Program-made: the position numbers and the translations under genes | Notes under the pieces: model-generated | What the model was told of the DNA's origin: nothing | Databases searched by the model: none | What the model saw: the letters and a program-made list of their open reading frames with translations, nothing else | Assembly: GCA_963514005.1 (NCBI GenBank) | Contig: OY740781.1 | Coordinates: 163,308,001 to 163,372,000, forward strand | Reading direction: 5' to 3' | Source: Raja brachyura | Lineage: Eukaryota | Length of the DNA stretch: 64,000 nucleotides | Part shown: positions 12,048-23,446 of the stretch, piece by piece | Layout: every line of letters begins with the position of its first letter | Numbering within the stretch: position 1 is the stretch's first letter

Positions 12048-13793
12048 TTACCGGCGGTCCCTGACATGTTTGGTTGGTCGTGGAGGTGCTGGGTTGGGCT
12101 GATAGTGTGGTGTCTTCATTTTCCACTGGGGCCGCTGCGGACCTGGCCCTAAAAAAGTCTGCTGCTGCTGGGCCTGTTGATAGCGAGGCGGAGCCGAAGT
12201 ATAAGTTCTGGTTGATGTGGCAACCGGGCCTCGTGGCCGGGCAAGTGGAGCTTTCGGGGCCGACGGTCTGGGGGCGATCTGCGACCGCATGAGTCGCACC
12301 GTCTTGGCATGCTCGTCGAGCTCTTTGACCCTCTTTGGGAGGTCTTCTCCGAAGAGCTGTCGGGGCGGCGGTGGCGGCGGTGGTTTGCACAATCCAGCAA
12401 ACTTCGGGTTGAGTGACGGGCGGATGCTGTGTTTACGAAAGGCATTTATCTCATGTTGGGTGGCACATAACAGTGCCAGTGCATCCTCCTGGTCTAGATT
12501 TAGATCTTCCCCGTCGACCGACCGCGCAAAGGCGGTAATACCGGCCGTGAGGAGCTTCAGGATCCGCTGGAGTTTCAACTCCTGATGATGGATAGCCACG
12601 CCGATGTTGCCCCATATGGGCGTATTGACCACAGGCACATTGAGGGCATTGCAGTTAGACGGAGCCTTGTGGCGATGGATAGCCTGAGAGAGGACTTCCT
12701 CCTGGAGCTGATGGTTTGTGAGGAAGTCCACAGTGGCAGCCAGTTTGGGGTTGAGAGGAAGCCCAGTCATGTGTGGAGCAGCGAACTTCGCCGCCACATC
12801 GAGAAGTTCTTCCGGCGGCAATTCCGACGGAGGTGGTGTAGGGTCGACAAATCCTTCCTCGTCTGGCTGTTCGAGGCTGGCGATGGAAGCTGGTGAGACT
12901 GCCCTGTGCCTGTCGATGCTGGATGCTTGCTGCTGTTGGCTGTGTAGCAGAAGCTCCAGTAGCCGCTCCATGCGGTCAATATGCCCACCACCCTGAACAC
13001 TCGGGTGGTCGGAGTCCTCCGGCTCAGAAATATTGCCGGGGCTCCTCTCATCGGCCCGCACCTCGTCGAGGCGATCTCGGTGCCGGTAGTTGTCGCTGCC
13101 AGCCGCCGAAGCGAAACCGCGCGATTCCCGCGCGGAAGATGTGTTCAACCGCCTCCGTTTAGCGGGAGCGGAAGCCGCTGCCACGGAGGGCAAATGCGGC
13201 GGGGAGTCGGCACCAGCCGGAGCATGGAGACCCGACGCCCACGCGGGCTTGCCGGCTGCCCACATCGTGGACCTTGCCGACGCATGGTCTCGTCCTCCCA
13301 TCCATGGGGGACTCGGCGACCGAGGCGGGGCCCTACCCAAACGACCCGTCCCGGCGTCGAGGGTTGGGGGGTGGACACTGGACCTCACAGTGGCCCTGGG
13401 TCCCGCCGTTGAACCAGACCGCAGCTCGGTGGCAGGTAATGCCTTAGCCCCTGAAGGGTTAGGCTTGCGGGCTCCTCCCCTCCCCCTGCTCGGAGGGCTG
13501 AGGGGGGAGGGCCGTGCGGCTGCACGCAACCCCTTGCCCGAGGTCGCCAACGGGCCCGCTGGTGACCTGAATGCTGCAGCAGGGTCTACCTGCTCTGGTG
13601 GCACACCGCAGCCCTGCTCCTCGAACTCCTCCCCGTAGCTGCGGTGTGTTAGCGGGTCCGGACCTGCAGGAACAGGGCTCCCCGGTTTCCCCGCCGTCCT
13701 CCCGGCCCCAGGTGTAGTCGATAATGAGGGCGCCGGGACAGATGGCCGACGACTCCGACCGGACGTCTTTCGGCCCTTCGTACTCCCGTCCAT
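12048..13793 (-). CDS. DIRS ORF1 (gag-like)
   Basis: Long open frame from the first ATG at 13793, directly upstream of RT and inside the element termini. The N-terminus is Pro/Ala/Arg-rich low complexity and the C-terminal half looks helical (PSNC...VPVVNTPIW). The call rests mainly on position. Confidence 0.75.
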   Translation of the reverse strand: MDGSTKGRKTSGRSRRPSVPAPSLSTTPGAGRTAGKPGSPVPAGPDPLTHRSYGEEFEEQGCGVPPEQVDPAAAFRSPAGPLATSGKGLRAAARPSPLSPPSRGRGGARKPNPSGAKALPATELRSGSTAGPRATVRSSVHPPTLDAGTGRLGRAPPRSPSPPWMGGRDHASARSTMWAAGKPAWASGLHAPAGADSPPHLPSVAAASAPAKRRRLNTSSARESRGFASAAGSDNYRHRDRLDEVRADERSPGNISEPEDSDHPSVQGGGHIDRMERLLELLLHSQQQQASSIDRHRAVSPASIASLEQPDEEGFVDPTPPPSELPPEELLDVAAKFAAPHMTGLPLNPKLAATVDFLTNHQLQEEVLSQAIHRHKAPSNCNALNVPVVNTPIWGNIGVAIHHQELKLQRILKLLTAGITAFARSVDGEDLNLDQEDALALLCATQHEINAFRKHSIRPSLNPKFAGLCKPPPPPPPRQLFGEDLPKRVKELDEHAKTVRLMRSQIAPRPSAPKAPLARPRGPVATSTRTYTSAPPRYQQAQQQQTFLGPGPQRPQWKMKTPHYQPNPAPPRPTKHVRDRR

Positions 13794-13993
13794 GTCCTTG
13801 CTGAAAGAGAAATCAAACAACAAGGACCAACCAACTTAAGGTTAGTTTAACTCACCTAAGCGGTCCCTTATGAAGGGCTGGCGGGGAGCGCACCCCACCG
13901 CCAGCCGTCGGCAGCAATGCGTTGCGACGATATGTCGCGCATGCGTACCGGCGGGTTCTTCACGAAGTCACTCACGTGACTCCGAAATGAAAT

Positions 13994-14103
13994 TGGGAAT
14001 GCTGGTTTAAACCGCAGATAGATGCAAAATGCTGGAGTAACTCAGCGGGACAGGCAGCATCTCTGGAGAGAATGAATGGGTGACGTTTCGGGTCGAGACC
14101 CTT
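13994..14103 (-). mobile_element. Penelope-like short repeat that hosts the DIRS and CR1 insertions
   Basis: Continues GTGTAGGAAGG (8652-8662) from the other side of the DIRS element, and resumes as CTTCAGAC at ~14977 after the CR1. Confidence 0.8.
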
Positions 14104-14977
14104 AACCATATAACAATTACAGCACGGAAACAGGCCATCTTGGCCCTTCAAGTCCGTGCCGAACAACTTTTCTCCCTTAGTCCCACCTGCCTGCACTCAT
14201 ACCATAACCATCCATACCCTTCTCATCCATAGGCCTATCCAATTTATTTTTAAATGATACCAACGAACCTGCCGCCACCACTTCCACTGGAAGCTCATTC
14301 CACACTGCTACCACTCTCTGAGTAAAGAAGTTCCCCCTCATGTTACCCCTAAACCTCTGTCCCTTAATTCTAAAGTCATGTCCTCTTGTTTGAATCTTCC
14401 CTATTCTCAAAGGGAAAAGCTTGTCCACATCAACTCTGTCTATCCCTCTCATCATTTTAAAGACCTCTATCAAGTCCCCCCTTAACCTTCTGCGCTCCAG
14501 AGAATAAAGACCTAACTTATTCAACCTATCTCTGTAATTTAGCTGTTGAAACCCAGGCAACATTCTAGTAAATCTCCTCTGTACCCTCTCTATTTTGTTG
14601 ACATCCTTCCTATAATTGGGCGACCAAAATTGTACACCATACTCCAGATTTGGTCTCACCAATGCCTTGTACAATTTTAACAATACATCCCAGCTTCTAT
14701 ACTCAATGTTCTGATTTATAAAGGCTAGCATACCAAAAGCTTTCTTTGCCACCCTATCTATATGAGATTCCACCTTCAAGGAACTATGCACGGTTATTCC
14801 CAGATCCCTCTGTTCAACTGTATTCTTCAATTCCCTACCGTTTACCATGTACGTCCTATTTTGATTTGCCCTGCCAAGGTGTAGCACCTCACATTTATCA
14901 GCATTAAACTCCATCTGCCATCTTTCAGCCCATTTTTCCAACTGGCCTAAATCACTCTGTAGACTTTGGAAATCCTC
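14104..14977 (-). mobile_element. CR1-clade LINE 3' fragment
   Basis: ORF 14177-14941 (WQMEFNADKCEVLHLG, LYKALVRPNLEY, FFTQRVV) is the CR1 ORF2 C-terminus, followed by the 3' UTR and a TATATGGT-type tail. Confidence 0.93.
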
Positions 14978-15704
14978 TTCAGACCTAATCTATTAGCATT
15001 TCAGCATAACTTGCAGATAAATAAATAGTTACTGATGAATCATAGAAGAGTTTTGCAAAATGAATTCTTCAATCATCAGACCGTTCCTACAATATAGTTA
15101 AATATGATGACTACAGATGGATATGTTTGTTGATTACCGTATGATATGACCAAGGCCAATGTCGCAAATCCCTATGAGCGTGGTTATTAGAAACCACCAG
15201 TATCTGCAGATGCTGATATCTTGAGCAAAACAGTCTTGAGAAACTCCATGCGGCTCAGGCAGCATATGTGGAGGGAATGGGTAGACGATGTATCTGAAGT
15301 AAGTTTATGAGAGCTGCGTGATAGTGAATAGAGATTCAATACGCTTATTTCAGTCTTTTTGAGCAGTGATGAATCATCTATATTAAAACATGTAGCCTGA
15401 ATTCTTGACATGAAAAATTCCAATATAGCTCGAACACACAGAAAGGCAGGTGTGGTCGTCTGGACCTAAATCATATTTTTTTTTTGTGGGGGGGGGGGGG
15501 GGGGGGGGGAGTGCAGTTTATGGGATAAGATGGTTATGAACAATGCTCTTAAAGACACGATAATGCAAAAATATGGTGGTGTAAGATTCGGTGAATTAGC
15601 TAAATATCGCCGTAACAATCTGTGATGACTTTTTTTGAAAGGAAAAGCAAACCTATGCATTCCATTGGCTTTTAGCAATGACCACCCATGCCAGAGATAG
15701 GCAG

Positions 15705-15890
15705 GACAAGCTGAAGTAACTCACCGGTTCAGGCGAGACCCTTCTTCGTTACGGGTCGAGACCCTTCTTCAGTCTGAAGTTCCTCAATTCTTCAGTCTGA
15801 AGAAGGGTCTCGACCCGAAACGTCACCCACTCATTCTCCCCAGAGATGCTGCCTGTCCCGCTGAGTTACTCCAGCATTTTGTGTCTATTT
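15705..15890. mobile_element. Penelope-like repeat pair with intact hammerhead core
   Basis: CTGAAGAAGGGTCTCGACCCGAAACGTC at 15797-15824, preceded by inverted partial copies. Confidence 0.75.
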
Positions 15891-16239
15891 CCAGTATGGA
15901 CATCCATAGCATTGTGGATGTTGAAAGGTCTTTAGAAATTATTTATTTGCACATCGACTGTAACTGTAAATAATTTCTAAAGATCACAGATCAGTTCACA
16001 GGGACAGTTTAGAATTTTATAGAGGTTCCCTATTACCCGGGTTAAAAAAAATTGATGGGTCTATTTGACCTTTTTGTTTCTTTTAATCTTTTATCAGCGT
16101 TCATTATCATTCCTTCAGTGTATTGATTGTAATATTGAATGCAAGTTTTATGACGAATATTAATATTTAAAAAAACCTGGGATGTTGTTCTTGTATTTAC
16201 ATTATTATTGTTTGTCTTACACACAGACACACACATCTA

Positions 16240-16491
16240 TGATGGATACAAAAAACTGGAGTGATTCAATGGGACAGGCAGCGTCTCTGGCTAGAAGGAA
16301 TGGGTGACTCTTCCTCAGACTAGTTAGCGATAAGAAAAACGAGAGATATAATCTAACCAGTCTGAAGAAGTGTCTCGACCCGAAAAGTCACCCATTCCTT
16401 CTCTCCAGAGATGCTGCCTGTCCCGCTGAGTTACTCCAGGTTTTTGTGTCTCTCTTCGGTTTAAACCAACATCTGCAGTGCCTTCCTACAC
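16240..16491. mobile_element. Palindromic Penelope-like repeat
   Basis: Minus copy ~16240-16320 and plus copy ~16359-16491, separated by a short spacer. Confidence 0.7.
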
Positions 16492-16602
16492 ATGGTTATA
16501 TATCGGCTGTGCTACTGCAAGTCTACAAGTCTGCACTCTTGACTCTTGACATTTTATGGATACAAGTCACTACTTTAAAAAGTTTAGGCATGTTACAGAA
16601 TA

Positions 16603-17097
16603 GAGCCATAGAGTCATACAGCGTAGAAACAGACCCTTCAGCCCAACTTGCCCATGGTAAACAGGATGCCCCACCTACACAAGTCTTAACTGCCCTAGTT
16701 TGGTCCATATCCCCTCGAAACCTTTCCTATCCATGTACCCAATCCAAGTGTATTTTAAATGTTCTTATAGTACCTCCCTCAACTACCTCCTCTGGCACCT
16801 CATCCATTTACCTGCCACACGCTCTGTGAAAAAGTTTCCCCTTGGGCTCCTTTTAAATATTTCCCCTCTCACCTTAAACCAATGTCCGATGCTTTTCGAT
16901 TCCCCTAGTCTGGGTAAAAGGGTGTTCATCTGCCCTATCTATCCACCTCATGAGTTGATACACCTCTATTAGATCACTTCTTGCCCTCCTGTACTCAAAA
17001 GAATGAAGTTCTAGCCTGCCCAACGTCTCGCTATAGCTCAGGCCCTCAAGTCCTGGCACATCCTTTTAAAATCTTCTCTGCACACTTTCCAGCTTTT
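16603..17097 (-). mobile_element. Degraded CR1 LINE 3' fragment
   Basis: Minus-strand MPGLEGLSYSETLGRLELHSFEYRRARSDLIEVY, plus a CR1-type 3' UTR and a (CTATGACT)-like tail. Confidence 0.8.
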
Positions 17098-17109
17098 TCA
17101 TGTTACTTT

Positions 17110-19350
17110 AAAAAAATTGATGCAGGAAAGATATTGTTACACTGCTTAAGAATCCTCTGTTGAACGTCTACAAGTGTATGATGGAGAACATATTGACTGG
17201 TTATAATGTGGTCTGATTCAGAAATTTGAATGCTGAAGAGCTAAGTAGACTGCAGAAAGTAGGTGGACGTTGTCTGGTCCATCACAAGTACTGATCTCCG
17301 GACATAGAAGAGATCTCTGCCTCAAGAAGCTAACTAACATCATCAAAGTCCCTCACCATCCTGGCCATCTCACTGCTACCACCAAGAAGGTGGTACAGGA
17401 ATTTGTCTGCACAAGCATCTTGACCCAAAAGGTCACCTATCCATGTTCTCCAGAGATGCTGTCTGACCTGCTGTATTACTCCAGCACCTTGTGTCCTTTT
17501 GTATCTGCAGTTCATTGTTTCAACACTTGGAACGTTGCCTCTGGGTTAAAGAACAGCTTGTCATCAACCATCAGGTTCTTGAATGACCCTGCCTAACCCA
17601 ACGCCAGCACCAAATCACTATGGAGTTTGCTCTACTATGGTTGCTTAGGGTAATGTGGTCTTTGGTAATCATGGTGTAATGTACTGAAAATACCAAATAA
17701 TTTATTGTATATTTATTTTTTGTTGTTGCATCTAATGTGCCGGTAAAGCTGCAGGTTTAGAATTTCATTATTCCAGTCCATGTGTGGAGCATATTGCAAA
17801 TAACCTTTCGACACTTGAATATTATCTTTCTCTTAAACAGTACCAGGCTATCAAAATTTAAAAAATGGTAACTAGTAAAATCATTGCCAATGTCAGTTTG
17901 GCCTTCCCAACAGTGAACCCATGGAAAGGAACTGGCCTGGATGGTGTCCCTGTTCCAGATCCTTAGGCGTGTGTGGACCAGCAGTGGGAGAATTCACAGA
18001 CATGTTTAACCTCTGTCTTCTCCATTCTGATGTTCCCACCTGGTTTACGAAGTCCCCCATCACCAAGGGACCAAGGGTGGCAAGCCTTCATGACTACCAT
18101 TCTGTGGCTCTGATATTCACCATTGTGACATGATTATGGTGCACATTAACCCATACCTCCCTTATAGCCTTGATCCACTGATGGTTTATAACAACGTACT
18201 GTATCATCAGGCCCATGGCAGATGTCATATTGCTAGCACTACATTCATCACTGGAACACCCTGATAACAGGGACACTTATATCAAACACCTATTTATTAA
18301 ATATAGCTCCATCTTCAACACAATAATCCCAAACAAACTCCCGAACATCGGAGTCAGCACCCCACTCTGCTACTGAATCTTTGACTTTCTGACCCATAGA
18401 CCAAATTCAGTGAGGAAAAATAACAAACATCCTCGACAATAATTCCCAACACTGCTGCTCTACAAGGATATATCCTCAGCCCCTTACTACACTTCCTATA
18501 CATTCAAGACTGTGTGGCCAAATTCTGCTCTAACTCCATTTACAGATTTGCAGATGATGCCACTGGGCGAGATCTTGAGCACTCTTGAGATGGAGTAGAG
18601 GATGGACATAGAAGCTAAGTATCATGGTATCAAGACAATAACCTCTCCCTAAATGTCAGCAAGCCAAAGGAGTTAGTTATTGACTTTGGCGAATGCCCCA
18701 TTCTGCATCAAGGGCGCCAAAGTGGAAATGATCAAGAGCTATAAGGACTTAGGTGTAAATATCACCAACAGTTTGTCATGGACTGAAAAAATTGAAGCTA
18801 TGGCCAAAGTACATCCACGTGAGATGAAGGAAGACCAGCATGTCGCACAACAACTCGTACCAACTTGTTCAGAGGCACTGTAGAAAATATACTATTGTGT
18901 TGCATCACAGCTTGGTTTGAGTGCAACTCTGCCCTAGACGCAAGAAATTGCAGAAGGTTGAGGATGTAATCCAGTCCATCACACAGACCAGCCTCTCACC
19001 ATCGACTCCAACTACACCCAGGCTGCCTCAGGAAAGCATCCAACATAATTCCAGACCCTTTTCATCCAGGTTATTCCCACGTCTACAGGCTCCTGTTGGC
19101 CAGAGGATACAAAGCTTGAAATCACCTATCACCAGATTCAGGAGCAGTTACTTCCCAACTGTTATCAAACTACTGAACAGGCCTCCGATTTCCTAAGGTC
19201 TAGTCGATCGTACAACCAAACTCATTGCGGTTCACTGCTGTAATACTCTATTCTGCACTCTGTATTTTTCACTTTGTACAACCGGCTGTACTTGTGTATA
19301 GCATGCTTCTAAATGAATCTCGGCACAGTGACAATAATAAACCAATACCA
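17110..19350 (+). mobile_element. Two degraded Rex1/Babar-like LINE remnants
   Basis: Broken RT motifs (DYHSVALI near 18090, QGYILSPLL near 18465, RFADD near 18545) and C-terminal TRFRSSYFPTVIKLLN, similar to 26317-26583. A Penelope-like unit is inserted near 17415-17520. Confidence 0.7.
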
Positions 19351-19407
19351 ATGCAAAGACTATCTTCTCATGGGCCATATGAATTTTCAAAATGTGTTGT
19401 ACTCTGC

Positions 19408-19700
19408 AACTGGCGCAGCGGTAGAGTTGCTGCCTTGTAGTGCCAGAGACCCGGGTTCGATCCTGACTACGGGTGCTGTCTGTGCGGAGTTTGTACGTTC
19501 TCCCCGTGACCGATCACGTGGGTGTTTTCCGAGATCTTCGGTTTCCTCCCACACTCCAAAGACGTACAGGTTTGTACGCTTGGTATAAATGTAAATTGTC
19601 GTAGTGTTAATGTGCGGGGATCACTGGTCGGTGCGGACTCGGTGGGTCGAAGGGCCTGTTTCCGCACTGTATCTTTAACTATTTCCAAACTAAACTAAAT
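19408..19700 (+). mobile_element. tRNA-derived V-SINE (HE1-like)
   Basis: A box TGGCGCAGCGG, B box GGTTCGATCC, V-domain-like GGAGTTTGTACGTTCTCCCCGTG...GGTTTCCTCCCACA, CR1-like tail GAAGGGCCTGTTTCC and (AAACT)n end. Confidence 0.85.
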
Positions 19701-20253
19701 TGGACAGTATCATTCAGTAAATGACTAAACGAGACTGAAGTGTGTTCCATTAGTGCTTTCAACTACCAAGTTCGTGATCTCACAGAGTCACTGCAAACAC
19801 ACGTATTTCTCTCTGAATAATTTTCTACTTTGTCCCTTAAGTCGATTCTATTGATTGATTGATTGAAAGATAGAGCATGAAAATAGTCTCTTCGCCAAAC
19901 CGAGACCCACAACCACACCTATCCATGTTCCCCAGGTGCTACCCAAACTGCTGAGTTACTCCAGCACGCTGTGTCTTTTAACACAGGTCGTCGATCACCC
20001 GTTCATGCTAGTTCTGTGTTATCCCCCTTTCGCATCCTTTCTCTAAGCAATTTGCAATGGCCAAAGTTCTTGTTCAAATAATGCACACTTGTTATTGTCT
20101 TCAGTAGTGAAATCACTGCATGTACCGTGCAGCAAATGGTGGGTTGAATTAACTCAATTTTCACAGTTGGTCCCCACCTCTCCTGCAATCAAGGTTTTGG
20201 GAACATTGGACATCTCTATTTCGAATTCACTCCAAATTTCGCTCTCAGATATT

Positions 20254-20351
20254 CAGTCTGAAGAAGGGTCTCGACCCGAAACGTCGCCTATCTCCTTCGC
20301 CCCTTAGATGCTGCTGCACCCGCTGAGTTTCTCCAGCTTTTTGTGTAACCC
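20254..20351 (+). mobile_element. Penelope-like short repeat (subfamily B) with intact hammerhead core
   Basis: Core at 20258-20285. A 16-bp TSD, TTCGCTCTCAGATATT, is at 20238-20253 and 20352-20367. Confidence 0.85.
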
Positions 20352-22195
20352 TTCGCTCTCAGATATTTGTTTCTCAGAATTTTATTTTGTTTTTCCTCCT
20401 TTTCCGATTTTCTTTTTGTCATACACCGATTTCACCCCTTATTTGTTGACTTGGCTTGACAGTTTAGTGTCCGCAGAACACCTCTATGATCCTTTTATGT
20501 TTCCGAGAATGAGCCCCTAAGATCCCCGTCTTACCCGAAGTTATTATAATGACAGCTCATTGCTACTACAGCTTTGAGAGGTACAATTGATATTTGGACA
20601 ATGCTGGCCTGCTGGATCCGGCTTTATATTTGCATTAACCTGGGCTTTCGTTTCTTTATATACTAAGTATATTTGGTTGTATCTCGCTATTTTAAAACAA
20701 TCTTACGTTTAGTTGGTAATGTGACTGTAGTGATACTTGGTGGTGGGAAGGGGAGGGCTTGGGTGAATGTTTCTCAGGAGGTGCCATTGCGATGAAGTTA
20801 AACATTCCAATACACCAAGTACTGCAGTGACTATCTCAGCGGGTCAGGCAGCACCGGTGGAGGGAATGGACAGGCAACATTTCGGTTCGGAAGCCATCTC
20901 GACCAGACTCGAAACGTCTCCCTATAGCTCAGGCCCTCAAGTCCTGGCATATCCTTTTAAAATCTTCGTTCCCTCCACAGATGCTGCCCGACCCGCAGAG
21001 TTACTCCAGCACTGTGCGTTGAGATTCCAGCATCTGCTGTTCCCGCTTCTTAAAACTTCCAATGATGAACACATATCTCCTCTAATTTGGTTTAAAGTTA
21101 ATTTATTGGAAAATGTAATTAAACCATTCCAGTGCGACCTGCAAACCGTGTGGAAAAAAAAAACCCGATTAGAGTTGCCTTTCAGATAGGGCACCAAAAA
21201 AGATGGGGGTAGTAGATATTCTGTATTTGAGAGTAACATTTAAAAGGAATAATGATAAAATGAGTGGATAAAGCGGTGCCCTAGCGAGTTCAATGTCGGA
21301 AATGTGTGCGTTTATCACTTGGAATCTCAGGGGAAAAAAACTATTTTAAATAACGGGAAACTTGCTAAGGTTTTGAATATAGAAACGGAAGACAACAGAC
21401 AGATACAAAGAGTAATCTAAAATGGTAATAGTAGGCAAAAGAGCTGACTAATATTTTGCAGATGGCGATGGTGTCCAGAATTAAGCCACTATTATTTACA
21501 ATTGGAGATGAGCATTCGGAGTGAGATCAGAATGCTTCGCTTCACGCAACGGGAAATGGAAAACTGGCACTCTCTCAAGTAGATCGATGGACTGGATCGA
21601 TATAGTTAAAGTTACGGAAGCTCTTACCACGAAAGTTCGGCGTGGCCCAAATATTAGTTCTATTAGTGCTTAGACAGGTACATGGATTGGACAGGTGTGG
21701 AGGGATATGGACCAAACGCAGGCAGGTGGGACTAGTGTAGCTGGGACATGCTGGCCGGTGTGGGCAAGTTGGCCCGAAGGGCCTGTTTCCACATAGTGTC
21801 ACGCTATGACTCTATGACTCGCTTAATATGGCCTCGTGTTTGCACTGGGCTAAAGTTTCTTAATGTACTTACTGTGCATAATTCATTTGTCGTTTGCCAA
21901 TTGCATTTACATTTTATGGACGTTGATACTTTGAGAGTGGTTAATTCAAACAAATGTTGGACGGAAATGTCGATGGGTTTGAGACGCAGATCAGGTAACA
22001 TCTATTAGAATGGCAGTACTGTATATGTCTGATGAGTGAGTGGTCACTCTTGTTCCCGTGCTCATGAATAAGAGCAGCTGAATAAGGTTTTCTGAAGAAG
22101 TATCTCGACCCGAAACGTCACCCATTCCTTCTCTCCAGCGCTGCTGCCTGACCCACTAAGCTCCTGCATTTTGTGTCTATCTTCGGTGTAAACAA

Positions 22196-22488
22196 GGGCG
22201 GTTACGGTGGCGCAGCGGTAGAGTTTCTGCCTTACCAGCGCAGGAGGCTACGGGTGCTGTCTGTACGGAGTTTGTACGTTCTCCCCAGGACCGCGTGGGT
22301 TTTCTCTGAGATCTTCTGTTTCCTCCCACATTCCAAAGACGTACAGGTGTGTAGGTTAATTTGCTTGGTGTATGTGTAAACTTGTCCCCAGTGTGTATAG
22401 GATAGTGTTCATGTGCGGGGGTCGCTGCTCGGTGCGGACTCGGTGGGCCGAAGGGCTTGTCTCCGCTCTGTAACAGCCGAAACTAAAC
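22196..22488 (+). mobile_element. tRNA-derived V-SINE (HE1-like)
   Basis: Same A box, V domain and tail as 19408-19700, with the B-box region deleted. It directly follows a Penelope-like unit at ~22092-22193. Confidence 0.8.
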
Positions 22489-22715
22489 AGTCGAACTGCA
22501 GAACCTTCAGATTCTCAAACCAGGTGGTTGATTGTCACACTAGAAAGAGACGTGCAAATGCTATTGGTAAGGATGGCGATTGGGCCATTGCAAGAAGCCA
22601 TTAATGCTCAACATGGTTTTCATTGGCAATGTTTAAAGATGGCGTCACGGTCTGTTTCCGCAAATTATTCATAGCATTACATTGAAATCGAGGAGTGAGA
22701 CAGAGTACAGATAAT

Positions 22716-22743
22716 CAAAGATCCTACAGCTGTAGGATCTTTG
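22716..22743. mobile_element. 28-bp perfect palindrome with 8-bp TSD (minimal hAT-like MITE)
   Basis: CAAAGATCCTACAG-CTGTAGGATCTTTG, flanked by CAGATAAT at 22708-22715 and 22744-22751. Confidence 0.7.
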
Positions 22744-23392
22744 CAGATAATAGCACGGAACAGTCGAGACAGAATTCGATTGCGGTATTACCGCCGATCA
22801 CCCATTAGCGGGGATTAACTCTCAGTTACTAGAGGGAGATGCACAGCTATTTTTGAAGTTGTCAAAGTAACAGTCCAATAACGGGAGACACTTATTCACC
22901 ACACTTACTGTGTGGTGCCAATCCATTTATGCTTGTTCCGGGAATGGGCTTCATTAAGTCAATCATTAACAGAACTTCGGAAACATAGATCGAATGCAAC
23001 GGAGAAATGGGTAAAGTAATGCTATTATTGAGCCAAGAAACTGCAGATGCTGGATTATTGAGAACAACACAAAGTGCTGGAGCGGCTCAGCGGGTCAGGC
23101 AGCGTCTGTGGGGGGAATGGACAGGCGAGGATTCCGCTTGGGATCCTTCTTCAGGCTGTTAGGGCCCTGACCCGAACCCTCGGCTGTCCAGTTCCAACCC
23201 CCAGATGCCGCTTATCCAGCTGAGTTCTTCCAGAATGTGTGTTTTTATTTTTATTCTTCTTCTCCGTTTCAGGTAGTGTGGTGGGAAGGGGTGAGGTATG
23301 GCTCGTCTTCTTCTCTATTGTGTGGATTCTAAGGAGCAGCGGAATGCGACACGGCGGTCTATAAACTAATGCGCTCCTTTCATCCTTTCGAT

Positions 23393-23446
23393 GGGGTGGG
23401 AGATTGCAACATTCACGTGGTCCGCCCTGTTTCGACGAATGCAATC
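23393..23446 (+). ncRNA. Predicted minimal HDV-like self-cleaving ribozyme
   Basis: P1 GGGGUGG/CCGCCCU, P2 GAUUGCA/UGCAAUC, P3 ACA/GGU (ACC in the second copy), L3 UUCACGU, UUCG mini-P4 and J4/2 CGAA. Folded by hand; activity untested. Confidence 0.75.

Larger units (their letters stand above)
8663..13993 (-). mobile_element. Full-length DIRS1-type tyrosine recombinase retrotransposon (inactivated)
   Basis: ORF order is gag, RT/RNase H/MT, YR. Inverted repeats lie at 8736-8770 and 13932-13966. The internal complementary region 8888-8997 matches both termini. AAT is present at both junctions. Confidence 0.95.

Noticed and set aside
12074-13638. Many overlapping plus-strand ORFs (72-182 aa)
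   Set aside because: Antisense shadows of the GC-rich DIRS gag region, with no independent motifs.
19408-19470. tRNA-like A and B boxes
   Set aside because: Head of a V-SINE followed by the V domain and LINE tail; not a tRNA gene.
19851-19867. TGATTGAT PBX-HOX-like motif
   Set aside because: Part of a (TGAT)n SINE tail microsatellite.
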